The notes beneath the pieces were generated by a model. It was not told the DNA's origin, searched no databases, and saw only the letters and a list, made by a program, of their open reading frames with translations. Position numbers and translations under genes: made by a program. Below are positions 36,152 through 48,800 of a stretch of DNA of 64,000 bases, piece after piece. Numbering within the stretch: the first letter of the stretch is position 1; each line of letters opens with the position of its first letter. The DNA is taken from assembly GCA_963826525.1 (NCBI GenBank), contig CAWGXH010000004.1, positions 512,001-576,000 of the forward strand. Reading direction: 5' to 3'. Origin of the DNA: an uncultured Methanomicrobiaceae archaeon (lineage in GTDB: Archaea > Halobacteriota > Methanomicrobia > Methanomicrobiales > Methanoculleaceae).

Positions 36152-36736
36152 ATGGCAGAAGAAGGTATCGAGGCAAAACAGTTGCTCTTCAACCGCTGGG
36201 ATCTCTCCGAGGTTGAGATTCACGATCCGAGTCTGGTGCGGTATGTCAACCTGCACTCCATGATCGTGCCGCACTCCTTCGGGAAGCTTGCGGGTCATCA
36301 GTTCAACAAGAGCAACATGCTGATCGTCGAGCGCCTCATCAACAAGCTGATGCAGACCGAGAACAACACCGGCAAGAAGGAACTTGCGATCCGGATCGTC
36401 AAGGACTCTTTCGAGATCATCAACAAGAAGACGAAGAAGAACCCGGTGCAGATCCTGGTCGACGCTGTCGCGAACACCGGACCTCGTGAGGAGAGCGTCC
36501 GCCTGAAGTACGGCGGTATTAACGTCCCGAAGTCCGTCGACACCGCTCCCCAGCGGCGTGTCGATGCCTCGCTGCGGTTCATCACGACCGGTGTGCACCA
36601 GGCGAGCTACAAGAAGAAGAAGAGCGTGAGCGAGGCACTCGCCGACGAGCTGATCTCGGCCGCAAACGGCGACACCCGCTCCTTCGCCGTCATGAAGAAG
36701 GAAGAAAAAGAGCGTATTGCAAAGGCAGCACGCTAA
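36152..36736 (+). CDS. rps7: 30S ribosomal protein uS7
   Basis: [16 protein letters not shown]..., [17 protein letters not shown] and [12 protein letters not shown]. Confidence 0.97.
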   Translation: MAEEGIEAKQLLFNRWDLSEVEIHDPSLVRYVNLHSMIVPHSFGKLAGHQFNKSNMLIVERLINKLMQTENNTGKKELAIRIVKDSFEIINKKTKKNPVQILVDAVANTGPREESVRLKYGGINVPKSVDTAPQRRVDASLRFITTGVHQASYKKKKSVSEALADELISAANGDTRSFAVMKKEEKERIAKAAR

Positions 36737-36767
36737 TTCAATCTCTATACTTTTTTAGGTGTAACAC

Positions 36768-38960
36768 ATGACCCGACGGAAGAAGATGGTAGAGAGAGTG
36801 ACGGAACTGATGGACAAGCCGGACCGTATCCGGAACATCGGTATCGTCGCCCACATTGATCACGGAAAGACAACCCTCTCGGACAACCTGCTCGCAGGTG
36901 CAGGGATGATCAGCGAGGAACTCGCAGGCAAGCAGCTCTTCATGGACTCCGACGCGGAGGAGCAGGCACGCGGTATCACCATCGATGCAAGCAACGTCTC
37001 GATGGTGCATACCTACGCCGGTCAGGAGTATCTCATCAACATGATCGATACCCCCGGCCACGTAGACTTCGGCGGTGACGTTACCCGTGCAATGCGTGCA
37101 GTGGACGGTGCCGTCGTCGTGGTGGACGCCGTCGAGGGCACCATGCCCCAGACCGAGACGGTGCTTCGCCAGGCACTCAAGGAGGGTGTCCGGCCGGTGC
37201 TCTTCATCAACAAGGTCGACCGGCTCGTCAACGAGCTCAAAGTCGACCAGCAGGAGATGCAGATCCGCCTCGGCAAGGTGATCGACAAGGTCAACAAGCT
37301 GATCAAGGGCATGAACGAGCAGCGGTACAACGAGGGCTGGAAGCTCGATGCCGCCAAGGGCACCGTTGCCTTCGGCTCCGCACTCTACAACTGGGCGGTC
37401 TCCGTTCCCTTCATGCAGAAGAGCGGCGTCTCGTTCAAGGATGTCTTTGAGAAGTGCAACTCAGGCGACATGAAGTGGCTCGGGAAGAACAGCCCTCTCT
37501 CCGAGGTTCTGCTCGACATGGTCGTCAAGCACCTGCCAAACCCCACCGACGCTCAGAAGCGGCGTATTCCCATCATCTGGCACGGTGACAAGGGGACAAC
37601 CGAGGGCAAGAGCATGATGAACTGTGACCCGAACGGCCCCGCCGCCCTGATGGTCACCGACATCTCCTTCGACCCCCACGCAGGCGAGGTCGCCACCGGC
37701 CGTCTCTTCTCGGGCACGCTCCGGCGCGGAACCGAGCTCTACGTGATGGGCACGGCAATGCGCGCAAACCGCCTCTCCCAGGTCGGCATCTTCATGGGTG
37801 CCGAGCGTATCGAGGTCGAGGAACTGCCTGCGGGCAACATCGCGGCAGTGACCGGCCTTAAGGACGCTATCGTCGGGTCGACCGTCTCCACGATGATGGA
37901 GATCACCCCGTTCGAGGCGCTGAAGCACTACTCCGAGCCGGTCATGACCGTCGCGGTCGAGGCCAAGAACATGAAGGATCTCCCGAAGCTCGTCGAGGTG
38001 CTCCGGCAGGTCGGGAAGGAAGACCCGACAGTGCAGGTCTCGATCAACGAGGAGACGGGCGAACACCTGATCGCCGGCATGGGTGAGCTGCACCTTGAGA
38101 TCATCACCGGTCGTATCAAGCGTGACAAGGGTGTCGATATCATCACCTCACCGCCGATCGTCGTCTACCGCGAGACCCCCACCCAGAAGGCTGGCCCGGT
38201 CGAAGGGAAGTCGCCGAACCGCCACAACCGGTTCTACATCGAGCTCGAGCCGATGGACCCTGCTATCGTCGACCTTATCCTGAAGGGCGAAGTCTCGATG
38301 AACCAGCAGGTTATCGAGCGGCGTGACATCCTCGTTGCCGCCGGTATGGAAAAGGACGAGGCGAAGAGTATCAAGGCTATCGAGGGCACCAACATGTTCA
38401 TCGATATGACCAAGGGTATTCAGTACCTCAACGAGACGATGGAACTTGTCCTCGACGGATGGCGCGAAGCGCTCCGGGGTGGCCCGCTCGCCGACGAGCA
38501 GGTGCAGAACCTCAAGATCCGGCTGCTGGATGTCAAGCTGCACGAGGACGCCATCCACCGCGGCCCGGCACAGGTCATCCCCGCCGTCCGAAGCGCGGTC
38601 AAGGCAGGTATCCTGTACGCAGGCGACTCGCTCCTCGAACCCATCCAGAAGATCCAGATCACCGTCCCCACCGAGCAGATGGGACCTGCGACATCGCAGA
38701 TCCAGGGACGGCGCGGACAGGTCTTTGATATGCAGAGCGACGGCGACACGATGACCGTCATCGGCAAGGCGCCTGTCGCCGAGCTCTTCGGCTTCGCCGG
38801 AGACGTCCGTTCCGCGACCGAAGGCCGTGCGATGTGGAGCACCGAGTTCGCCGGTTTCGAGGTCGTTCCCGGCGGTATCGTCGACGAGGTCGTCAAGGCC
38901 ATCCGCAAGCGCAAGGGTCTCAAGGAACAGATCCCGCGCCCCGAAGACTATCTGGCATAA
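36768..38960 (+). CDS. fusA: Elongation factor aEF-2
   Basis: [26 protein letters not shown] and the diphthamide loop [11 protein letters not shown]. Confidence 0.98.
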   Translation: MTRRKKMVERVTELMDKPDRIRNIGIVAHIDHGKTTLSDNLLAGAGMISEELAGKQLFMDSDAEEQARGITIDASNVSMVHTYAGQEYLINMIDTPGHVDFGGDVTRAMRAVDGAVVVVDAVEGTMPQTETVLRQALKEGVRPVLFINKVDRLVNELKVDQQEMQIRLGKVIDKVNKLIKGMNEQRYNEGWKLDAAKGTVAFGSALYNWAVSVPFMQKSGVSFKDVFEKCNSGDMKWLGKNSPLSEVLLDMVVKHLPNPTDAQKRRIPIIWHGDKGTTEGKSMMNCDPNGPAALMVTDISFDPHAGEVATGRLFSGTLRRGTELYVMGTAMRANRLSQVGIFMGAERIEVEELPAGNIAAVTGLKDAIVGSTVSTMMEITPFEALKHYSEPVMTVAVEAKNMKDLPKLVEVLRQVGKEDPTVQVSINEETGEHLIAGMGELHLEIITGRIKRDKGVDIITSPPIVVYRETPTQKAGPVEGKSPNRHNRFYIELEPMDPAIVDLILKGEVSMNQQVIERRDILVAAGMEKDEAKSIKAIEGTNMFIDMTKGIQYLNETMELVLDGWREALRGGPLADEQVQNLKIRLLDVKLHEDAIHRGPAQVIPAVRSAVKAGILYAGDSLLEPIQKIQITVPTEQMGPATSQIQGRRGQVFDMQSDGDTMTVIGKAPVAELFGFAGDVRSATEGRAMWSTEFAGFEVVPGGIVDEVVKAIRKRKGLKEQIPRPEDYLA

Positions 38961-38979
38961 TCCATACGAATACCCTCTG

Positions 38980-38992
38980 TTTTTCTTTTTTT
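38980..38992 (+). terminator. Oligo-T archaeal terminator after EF-2
   Basis: TTTTTCTTTTTTT 20 nt after the stop. Confidence 0.6.
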
Positions 38993-39164
38993 CGACCAGA
39001 GACAACTCTTCGTCGCCCGGGCCATTCACGGTTCCCCGATAACCCGACTTTAAAGCCCATTCCGTCTCCCGGAGCACCCCGCACGTCCATCCGACAGGAG
39101 ATGGCAATATGCTTATATCCGGAGAGATTGAGTCCGATAGAGAAGTATTCCGGAAGGTGACATA

Positions 39165-39516
39165 GTGGCCTGGAAATTCGGCGAGATCAAGTTACGGGGT
39201 GAAAAAGTACAGGCACGACGTCTACGTCCACGTCGACGGCAGCGTTACGAAGAGGAATAAGGGCGTTTCAAAGCACCTGAAAGCAGAGTACGGCCATACA
39301 CCGCTGACCGATCGGGAACTTACGTTTCTCCGGGACGAAGGACCGGAGGTCGTCTACATCGGCACCGGCTTTAGCGGGCAGCTCCCGATCACCTATGCAG
39401 CAAAGCGGATCCTCGACGGCTTCGACGTGATCATGATGCCGACGACGGACGAACTCAAAAAGGCGCTGAAGAAAGAAGAACGAAAGTACGCGGCCGTCAT
39501 CCACGTGACGCGCTGA
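39165..39516 (+). CDS. Mth938-like domain protein (frameshift near 39192)
   Basis: GTG start after GGAAGGTGA; FGEIK(Y)GVKKYRHDV, PEVVYIGTG and AAVIHVT. Confidence 0.75.
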
Positions 39517-39643
39517 GCGCGCATCCCGAGCGCGGGAGAGTCCCGACGGGGCACGAATCCGCCTGGAGCACGGAGGCGGTCCGAGGAGAGGTAAATCTGT
39601 TTTTTGCTCCCATGCTCCCGGTCACCGCGATGCATGCGGGCAT

Positions 39644-39665
39644 CCTCCTGACAGGAGGGTTTTTT
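39644..39665 (+). terminator. Hairpin plus T-tract between convergent genes
   Basis: CCTCCTG-A-CAGGAGG followed by GTTTTTT. Confidence 0.5.
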
Positions 39666-39727
39666 CTCCCCTATCCCTAACCTGCAGAGCGATGCTCCTC
39701 CTTCCGGAAAAAGGGCATCCGGGGCCT

Positions 39728-42387
39728 TTAGTGGAGCACTTCAAACCCGGGGATGCCGAGGATATGTTTTGCGAGGTACATCGCATCGGCCATCGTGGCC
39801 GAACCGTCGTCGCTCACGTCGCCGACATTCTCGTGCATCGTCTCAAACCCGGTCATCCCGAGGCTGTGGCGGGCGATGTAGATGGCGTCGTAGAGGGTGA
39901 CCCGGTTATCTTCGTTCGCATCGCCGTTTTTGATGACCGTCAGGGAGATGGTACCGGTGGCGTTGGAATGGTCGTTTCCGTCCTTTCCGTTCACCCCGAG
40001 TGCGAACGGCTGGTATGCGCCGTCCACAAACGGCGAGGCGACGGTACTCGTGACGTTCTTCATCCACGTTCCGTTCCCGGCAGAGAGCATCGGTGCGGCA
40101 TCGGCACCCCCGATGGCGGAGAGGTCGATCGTGACCGCTGCAACCCCGGCCGCATCGGATACGGCGGCGTGCAGGACCGAGGTTTCAGAGAGGCCGGGAA
40201 GACCGTCGGTGTCGGTGGGGATGTATGCGGGCGAAGCAGCCTCATCCCTGAATCCCCCGGCAGGCAATGCCGGCTTCCCGGTGACCGAGTACCCGCTCAT
40301 CGCCTTGTCGGAAGTGAGGGCGTTCGTCCAGGCAACCATGTCGTCGCCGTTGTTGGAGTTCTTGCAGTATCCGTAGACGCTAAAGGCCGCAAATGTCTCC
40401 AGGTTCTCGAAGGTGTAGTTGATCCGCACCGCTCCCCGGTTCTCGAGGTCTCCGTTCGGTCGGAGGACGCCGGCGTTGAGATCGATGAACATCAGATGGA
40501 AGGTGTTCCCGGCATCGGTCAGGTCCTGGCCTGCGATAGATGGGGTAATCCAAACTCGTTTCCGGTCGGTTTCCAGATCTGCGGGCCGTAGATGAAGTCT
40601 TTCTTCGTGAAGGTTTCGCTCGAGGGAGACGGGCTGATACGTCACGTTGTCAAGAGACGGGGGCTGGTTGCTCAGCGGGTTCGGCGTCCAGGTGTAGCCG
40701 TCGGAGTGACATGGAGTGCAAAATCATCAGGGATTGTCCCGTTCACGGCGACCATCAGGATGATCTCGTCCTCGTAGCCCTTGCCGCCCGAGTCGGTCGC
40801 ATAGAAGGTGCCGCTCTGGTTTTCAGAGACCGTCACCTGGCCGAAGTTCACGGCTGGGTCGGTGGAGATATGCAGAGCGTTGAGACCGCGGTCGTAGCCT
40901 TCGAACCTGACGTTGTAGGTGTTGTTCCCGAAGGCGTTGTACGTTCACGCTGGCGTCGTTGGCGACGTTGAAGAAGATGTTGTTGTAGTCGGGTAGGACG
41001 GAAGGCCCGGTCGGCTCAGTTACGGTGAGGTAGTCGGTCTTCACCACGGAGTCGCTCCCTCCTTCACCGGTAACGGTCAGGTTCACCGGGTAGGTAGCGG
41101 CTGTGGTGTAGGTGTAGGTCGGATTCTGCTCGGTGCTGTCGACGACGCCGTCGTTCTCGAAGTCCCAGGCCCAGGCCGTTGGTGTTCCGCTGGACAGGGT
41201 GCTGTCGACGACACCGTCATTCTCGAAGTCCCAGGCCCAAGAGGTCGGGCTGCCGGTCGAAGCGTCGGTGAAGGCAACGGAGCGGTGCTTCACCGGCGGT
41301 GACGTTCGCGGTAAAGTTCGCAATCGGTGCGTGGCGGTGTATAGGGCACCCCGGTGACCGAGTAGCCGCTGGAACCGATGCCCGAAACCCGGTTCGTCCA
41401 GGAGATCCCCTGTCCCTGGTTCGCCGCGAGGCACCAGCCGTAGCCGTTGAAAGCCGCGGCGGTGGTCAGGTTGGTGAACGTGAACTCGACCTTCGCCCCG
41501 CCGCTATCGGTCAGGGTCGCGCCCGAGAACTTGCTTGGATACATATTCCCGACGTTCAGGTCGACGAACATCAGGTAGGACTCTGCCGACTGGTCGGCGA
41601 CGTCCTGGCCGTAGGAGAGCGGCAGGGAAGGAACCACGAGATCGCCGGGACCCGGTTTCCAGGTCTGCGGCCCGTAGATGAAGTCTTCCTTGGTGAAGGT
41701 CTCGTCGACTGCCCCTTCGGTGTAGGTGTACTCCGTCGGTGCCGCGTTTACCGTCGACGACGGTGTCCAGGTATAGCCGCTCGAGGTGATATGGAGGGCG
41801 AAATCGTCCGGGATCGTTCCGTTCACCGAGACCAGGAGGATGATGTCGTCGTCGAATCCGCGTCCTCCGGTATTGGTGAACCAGAACGCACCCGACTGCT
41901 CGTCGTCGGCGGTGACCTGCCCGGCCGGAACGTTCACATCGTTTGTGATGTGGAGTTCGTTCAGGCCGCCGCCGTCTGCCTTGATGTAGTAGGTGTTGTT
42001 CGGGCCGCTGTAGGTTGCACCGTCGAGGTTGAACTTCACCCCGGCATCGTTGGCGACGTCAAAGAAGATATGTCTGGGTGCGGGGAGCGGCTCGGGGCTG
42101 GTGGAGGTGGCATAGGTGTATGCACCGAGGTCGTCGTACTCCGGCACCTGTTCGGTCGCTGCCGGTATCACATCCTCCTCGGTCGGAGTTGGTTCAGGTA
42201 GGACGGTACTCTCCAGACCAGGGTCCTGGAGGGGCTCCTGCGGAAGCCCGGCAGCCGTTTCGGTTGTGTTTAACGGCAGGTCGGTACCCAGCGCCACCGC
42301 CGGCACGGCGATGATCGCGAGGACCAGCAGCAGGACGGTCAGCCGTCTCTGCAGAACTTTGCTTTGAATACGCTCATCTTCTCTCAT
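39728..42387 (-). CDS. Exported protein: signal peptide, unassigned domain X, PKD, second domain X, Ig-like linker, type I dockerin (several frameshifts)
   Basis: MREDERIQSK...LAIIAVPAVALG signal; two GLN.LHI...YGPQ.WKP...WTN copies; WAWDFENDGVVDSTEQNP PKD; C-terminal GDANEDNRVTLYDA...GDVSDDGSATMADA paired Ca-binding loops. Confidence 0.75.
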
Positions 42388-42595
42388 ACAACAACTCCTT
42401 TCGCCGTACAGGATGCCCGAAGAACTCTTCTCCGGAACCGGCATTCCAAGTGCCTGCATTCGCAGAGACGCCATCAGAGGAATGCACTAACTCTGAATGG
42501 GAGAGTATAAGGTCGTTGTGAATTTGGGAGATTTTAAATACGTTAATTTAATGAAGGCATCATGTCTGAAAAGTTAATGATAAAATTAACTCCCC
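42388..42595 (-). promoter_or_regulatory. Promoter, 5' leader and palindrome, copy A (duplicated at 53581-53790)
   Basis: GGAG RBS, TGCATTC/GAATGCA stem (42455-42486), CTTATA box (about 42506-42511) and AGTTAAT-N6-ATTAACT (42572-42591). Confidence 0.65.
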
Positions 42596-42848
42596 TGGCT
42601 CTCACCGCCCTACGGCGCTCCGGTATCCGACCGATCCTCCGCCTAGAGGTGACAGGTTTTTCCCTCTCCGACCCTCGTCACCAGTGATGCATGCGGACAT
42701 CCTGAATATCGAGGTGACAATTGCCACGCAGGGAGGGGAGGAAAGCCTCCCAGGAGACGCTTCCCACAGCCCATTTCCGGAAATGCCGCAGAGAACATGG
42801 GCAAAATGCCGGAAGCATGATCACTGAAAAAACAGGAAGAGAAGAGGG

Positions 42849-45800
42849 TTATCTGTTCTTCCGCACGAAGTAGAGCGCCCCGATCACGGCACAGATGAGG
42901 ACGACGACTCCCGCCCAGAGGAACATCAGCGGAGCGGGTTCGCCGGAAGGCTGCGCCGATCCTGGTTCCTGCACGCCCGAGTCCGGCGACTCCGGAGCGG
43001 CGTCCGTCTGCTCCGGGGTGACCGTCGCCGTGGGAGCGCAGGTGAGCGCATAGGTGCTGAAGTGCGAGACCTGTGCAGTCACCGTCCGGCCGGCGGCATC
43101 GACGCTCGTTCTGCAGTCTTCCCATGCACCGGTCGCGGGGTCGTATCCCTGCACGACCAGTCGGGACGCATCGCCGCCTGCCGTGCCGAGGATTCCAGCC
43201 CACTCTTCTGCGGTGAAGGTGAAGACCAGGTCGATCGCCGGGGAGAAGGTGGCGCCGTCGGGAGAGCAGTTGACCGCATAGCCCGAGAAGGTATAGGACG
43301 GATCGGACGGGAGGGTCGATACGGCGGTGATCCCGACCTCGGGGAGCGGCTTACCGTCGGCATCGAGAGCGGTCACGCCGGTGTCGAGGTACAGGTGTGC
43401 GGGCGCTTCGGCGGCAGAGACGATGTACGGCCGGAGCACGCCGCCCCAGGAGGCGGTGAGGAGCTTCGCGCTGCCGACCGAGGTTGCTGGCGTCACCGAC
43501 GAACCACCGCCGCTGCTGCTGGACGAGGTAGACTGAGTGGGCGTGGACACGGCCTTCGTTGCGACGACCGCGAACGCGGAGAAGCCGCTCGGCGAGACCG
43601 CTTCGAAGACCATCATCCCGTTTCCGTCGAGCCCGATATAGGTCGTTGCAAGCACTTCGGTATCCCCGTCGTCGCTCTGCCGGAAGACCCGGATGGCTCC
43701 GATGCCGCCGTTTGCGTTCACCCAGTCGGGTGAGACGGTCATCCGCAGCACTGCGTTGCTGATGGTGTCGTTCGCTCCGAGGTTGGTCTTGGTGAAGTAG
43801 ACCGCGTAGGCCGTCGAGGTGATCTCGAGCCCGTCGTTCGCCGCGGCAAGCGTGAACGACGTTGCCGCCTCGTCGCTCGGCCGGTCGTAGATCGAGGTCG
43901 TGATCCCGAGGTCCGGGTTGTAGCCGTTCATCGAGGCGTTGAACCCGACCGAGACGTTGCCGAGGTCGCCGCCGAGGTCGGTGGTCACCGGAGCACTCTC
44001 GAGCAGGACGCCGGTGACGTTTCCGGTCGTGACGTTGCCCGCCGTGGTGAGCCCGTCAGTCAGGATGGTGACGTTCATGTTCCCTCTCTCGAGGATGATG
44101 TCGTTTCCGCTGACCGTTCCGTTGCCGGTCGTCGTGTTGAAGTTGACCTGCTGCCGGCCGCCGACGTCGTTGACGCTCGTCCCGTTGTCACGGAAGGTGA
44201 AGTTCTCCTGCCGCTCCGGCGGTGCGGACGGGGCATCGCGGACGGTGATGTAGTGGCGCCCGGGTCAGGGTGTCGCTGCCGGCGTCGTTCGTGACGGTCA
44301 GGGTGACGTCGAACCGCCCGATACTGGTGTAGGTGTGCGTCGGATTCTGCTCGATCGAGGTCGCACCGTCGCCGAACGACCATGACCAGGAAGTCGGGCT
44401 GACGCCGCTGGAGGTGTCCGAGAAGGCGACCGTGAGCGGGACAGCGCCCGACGTAACGTCGGCGGTGAAGTCTGCGACCGCATACGGATCCACCCTCATC
44501 TCGATCTGGTCGAGGTAGAACCCGACATTTGCACCATATCCAGCCGGGTTACTGTAAAGCGTCTCTACCGTGAAGGTATGGTCGCCGGCCTCATAGCCGG
44601 TGATGTCGATGGCATAGGCCTTCCATTTGTTGAGGGTTGAAACCTTTGCTACCTCTTCGCCGTCGATGAATGCTTTGATCCAGCAGGCTGCTCCTTTCCT
44701 GACCCCGTACAGCTGGAACCGCAGCTGTGCGGCACCCTCAGGGAAGGCAAGAGTTCTTTCGGCAGAGGCATTGGCGGTTATTGCCGGGGTGCCGAGACTA
44801 TAAGACCCCTCGTAGACGGTATCGCTCCGGAGCTCTGCATTCGAGAGCGTCCATCCATCGGTCGATTCGCAGGGGTCAGTCCAGACTGTCTCGAGCACGG
44901 TCCTGTTCACGAATACATTGGCCGTGCCCTGAACGGCATGGCACTGCGCCGTGACCGTTGTGGTTCCGGCGTATTCGGCAGTGAACAGTCCACCGCTCGT
45001 GATGGGCCCGACCTTCTCGTCACTGCTGCTCCACGCGAACCCGACGCCCGTCATGGCGCCGCCGTTCTGATCGTAGACCGTCCCGGAGAACTGCTGCTGG
45101 GTCTCGCCGATCATGACGACCGAAGAGGGGATGATCTCTACCGTCGCCGGGATCGGGATACCGTCGTAGGGCTCGCCGAAGTAGGCCTGTGCCGGGAGGA
45201 CAAGCGGGTAACCGTCTATGTTATTAGAGGTCAGTAATCTCTCGGAATCACCGATGCCGTTTCCGTCTGCATCGGTGAGTGCAAACGCCCCTCCCCAGTA
45301 GTTACCGATCTGACTCGTATAGGTGGCACCGTTGTAGGTGTAGGTGACCGATTCGGGGGAGTTCCAGGTGTTTGCATACGGGTCCGAGAAGGAGGCGAAC
45401 AATGCCGAATTATTGACGATCGAATTTGCATAGAGCGTGCTGCCACTGAGCGAGTCGATAGGCAGGCTCATTGCGTAATCGTTGTCCATGATGAGGTTGC
45501 GGTCAAAGCGGCAGTTTGCGGCAGCGAACACGTAGATCCCGTACTGGTTGCCGGTGATGACGTTACCGGTAATGACGAGGTTGTTGTTGCCGGGATAGTA
45601 CAACCGGATACCATAGGTGCCATCGCCACCCAGGAAGGTGTTGTTGCCGACGATGCTGTCGGTCGCTGAAGCCACATGGAGACAGATCCCATATTGCTGT
45701 AAACCAGTGACAGTGTTGCCCTCAACGAGGGTGCCGCTCACTCCAGTGATTGAGATGCCTGTATTTTTCTCCAATATGACGTTGTCGGCAAAGGTGCATC

Positions 45801-48800
45801 CCGAATAACCGTTGCAATAGATACCGTATGTACTGCTCCCGTTGATGCTGAAATTGGAGATGGTCGTGGCATCGGCAGAAACCGTTACGGTCCCGTTGAT
45901 AGTGGTCTCTTCGGGTCCGTTCTCCGACGTGATGGTCAGGGGCTTTGTAACGGTGACGGATTCACTGTATGTCCCGTCTCTGACGACGATCACATCGCCG
46001 TCGGATGCAGCGTCTATGGCTCCCTGGATTGAGGTGAAGTTCGCTCCACCCGAATCGTCGACGTACCATGTCCGGGATGTTCCGGGATTCACGACGATGT
46101 AGTCGGTCCTGACCTCGGAGTCGCTGCCGGCGTCGTTCGCGACGGTGAGGTTCACCGAATAGGTGCTGGCGGTTGTGTAGGTATGGATCGGGCTCTGCCC
46201 GGTGCTGTCGACGACGCCGTCGTTCTCAAAGTCCCAGGCCCAGGAGGTGGGGCTGCCGGTCGATGCGTCGGTGAACTGGACCGTAAGCGGGGCGTCACCG
46301 GAGGTGACGTCTGCGGTGAAGTCCGCGGTCGGTGCAACAGGCACTACGGGTCCCGGCTCCGAGCCCGGGAAGTAGGTCTGCCAGCGGTCGGCGAGCGGAG
46401 CGTTGTCGATCTGGTTGTTGCCGAGCGTATACGCCGCATCGATCACGCCGTTACCGTCGGCATCCTCGCCGGTGCAGCTGCTGTAGTAGTTTCCGAGCGG
46501 GCCTGTGTACTGCGTCTCCTGGTAGGTGTAGTCGGTGGACGAGGTGTTCCAGGCCATGGACAGGGGAACCGGCTTGTTGGTGAACTGGAACAGGTCGGCC
46601 TTGTTGTCGAGGAAGTTATTGAGGAAGATCCGGTTGTCGGCAAGCGTGCACCGCAGGCCGATCGGTGGCGCGGTGTTGTTGGCGAACGTGTTCCAGGCGA
46701 TGGTGACCCCCGAGCACCCGTCGAACCGGGTTGCCGCGTTCTGGCTGCCGCCGTTCGCCTCGAAGGTGTTGTTGGTGAAGATGTGCCCGCTGCCGGTGAT
46801 CAGCATGAACCGGGTCGGATTATTCTCAAAGACGTTGCGGTCCAGCGTGACGTCCTGGCCGGAGATGCCGAGAGAGTGCTGGTCGGAGAAACCGGTGAAG
46901 GTACAGTCCGTGACCGTGCTGCCTGCACCGGAGAAACTGATCGAACCGCCATTGAACATGATCCCGTCGATGACGGTGCCGGGGCCGGAGAATGCGGCAC
47001 CTGCCGGTGAAACCGTCACCACGTCCGCACCCTCGCCCGTGAGGGTGATCGCCTTACCGAGGGGTATGCTCAGGGCATACGACCCGGCGGAGACCAGGAT
47101 CGTGTCGCCGTCGTTCAGAGACGGGCTGGTGAAGGCTGTGTTAAGATCGGTAAAGTCGCAGCCCGAGGCACCGACGGTCACGGTCTTCGGCGGGGGAAGA
47201 TTCACGGTGATGAAGTCGGTCTTCACCTCTGAGTCGCTGCCGTATCCATTCGTGACGGTGAGGTTCACGGTGTAGGTTCCGGCAGAGGAGTAGGTGTGAA
47301 CCGGGCTCTGCTCGGTGCTGTCGACGACGCCGTCGTTCTCGAAGTCCCATGCCCAGGAGGTCGGGTTGTCGGCGGAGGCATCGGTGAATGCAACGGCCAG
47401 AGGCGCGATGCCGGTGGTGACGTTTGCAGTGAAGTCCGCGGTCGGTGCCAGTGTGACCGGGAAGTAAGTCTGCCAGCGGCCGACGAGCGGAGCGTTGTCG
47501 ACCTGGTTGTTGCCGAGCGTATACGCCGCATCAATCACGCCGTTACCGTCGGCATCCTCGCCGGTGCAGCTGCTGTAGTAGTTTCCGAGCGGGCCTGTAT
47601 ACTGCGTCTCCTGGTAGGTGTAGTCGGTGGACGAGGTGTTCCAGGCCATGGACAGGGGAACCGGCTTGTTGGTGAACTGGAACAGGTCGGCCTTGTTGTC
47701 GAGGAAGTTATTGAGGAAGATCCGGTTGTCGGCAAGCGTGCACCGCAGGCCGATCGGTGGCGCGGTGTTGTTGGCGAACGTGTTCCAGGCGATGGTGACC
47801 CCCGAGCACCCGTCGAACCGGGTTGCCGCGTTCTGGCTGCCGCCGTTCGCCTCGAAGGTGTTGTTGGTGAAGATGTGCCCGCTGCCGGTGATCAGCATGA
47901 ACCGGGTCGGATTATTCTCAAAGACGTTGCGGTCCAGCGTGACGTCCTGGCCGGAGATGCCGAGAGAGTGCTGGTCGGAGAAACCGGTGAAGGTACAGTC
48001 CGTGACCGTGCTGCCTGCACCGGAGAAACTGATCGAACCGCCATTGAACATGATCCCGTCGATGACGGTGCCGGCACCCGAGAATGCAGCACCTGCCGGT
48101 GAAACCGTCACCACGTCCGCACCCTCGCCCGTGAGGGTGATCGCCTTACCGAGGGGTATGCTCAGGGTGTACGACCCGGCGGAGACCAGGACCGTGTCGC
48201 CGTCGTTCAGGGACGGGCTGGCAAAGGCTGTGTTAAGATCGGTGAAGTCACACCCGGAGGGACCGACAGTCCATGTCACGGGATCGGAAGACCCTGTTGC
48301 GTCAATGTAGTCCGTCTTGACCGCGGAATCACTACCGAGCGCATTGGTGACCGTCAGGTTGACGGTGTAGGTCCCGACTGTAGCATAGGTATGAGTCGGG
48401 CTCTGCTCGGTGCTGTCGACGACGCCGTCGTTCTCAAAGTCCCATGCCCAGGTGGTCGGGCTGCCGGTCGAGGCGTCGGTGAACTGAACCGCGAGCGGCG
48501 CTTCACCCGATACGGGAGTCGCGGTGAAGTCGGCGACCGGTGCATCGCCGCCGGACGAACCGTCGTTGACCGTGATATAATCAGTCTTTACGAGATAGTT
48601 ACTGCCGGCACTGTGCGTGATGGTCAGGTTGACCGTGTAGGTACCGGCCGATGACATAGGTATGCGAGGGGTTCTGTTCCGTGGAGGTAGTGCCGTCGCC
48701 GAAGTCCCAGTTCCATGCGGTTACGGTGAGCGGCGAGGTGCCCTGGAAATTCACGGTAAGGGGGGCTTGCCCAACCCGGGTATCTGCGGCGGCATTTACC

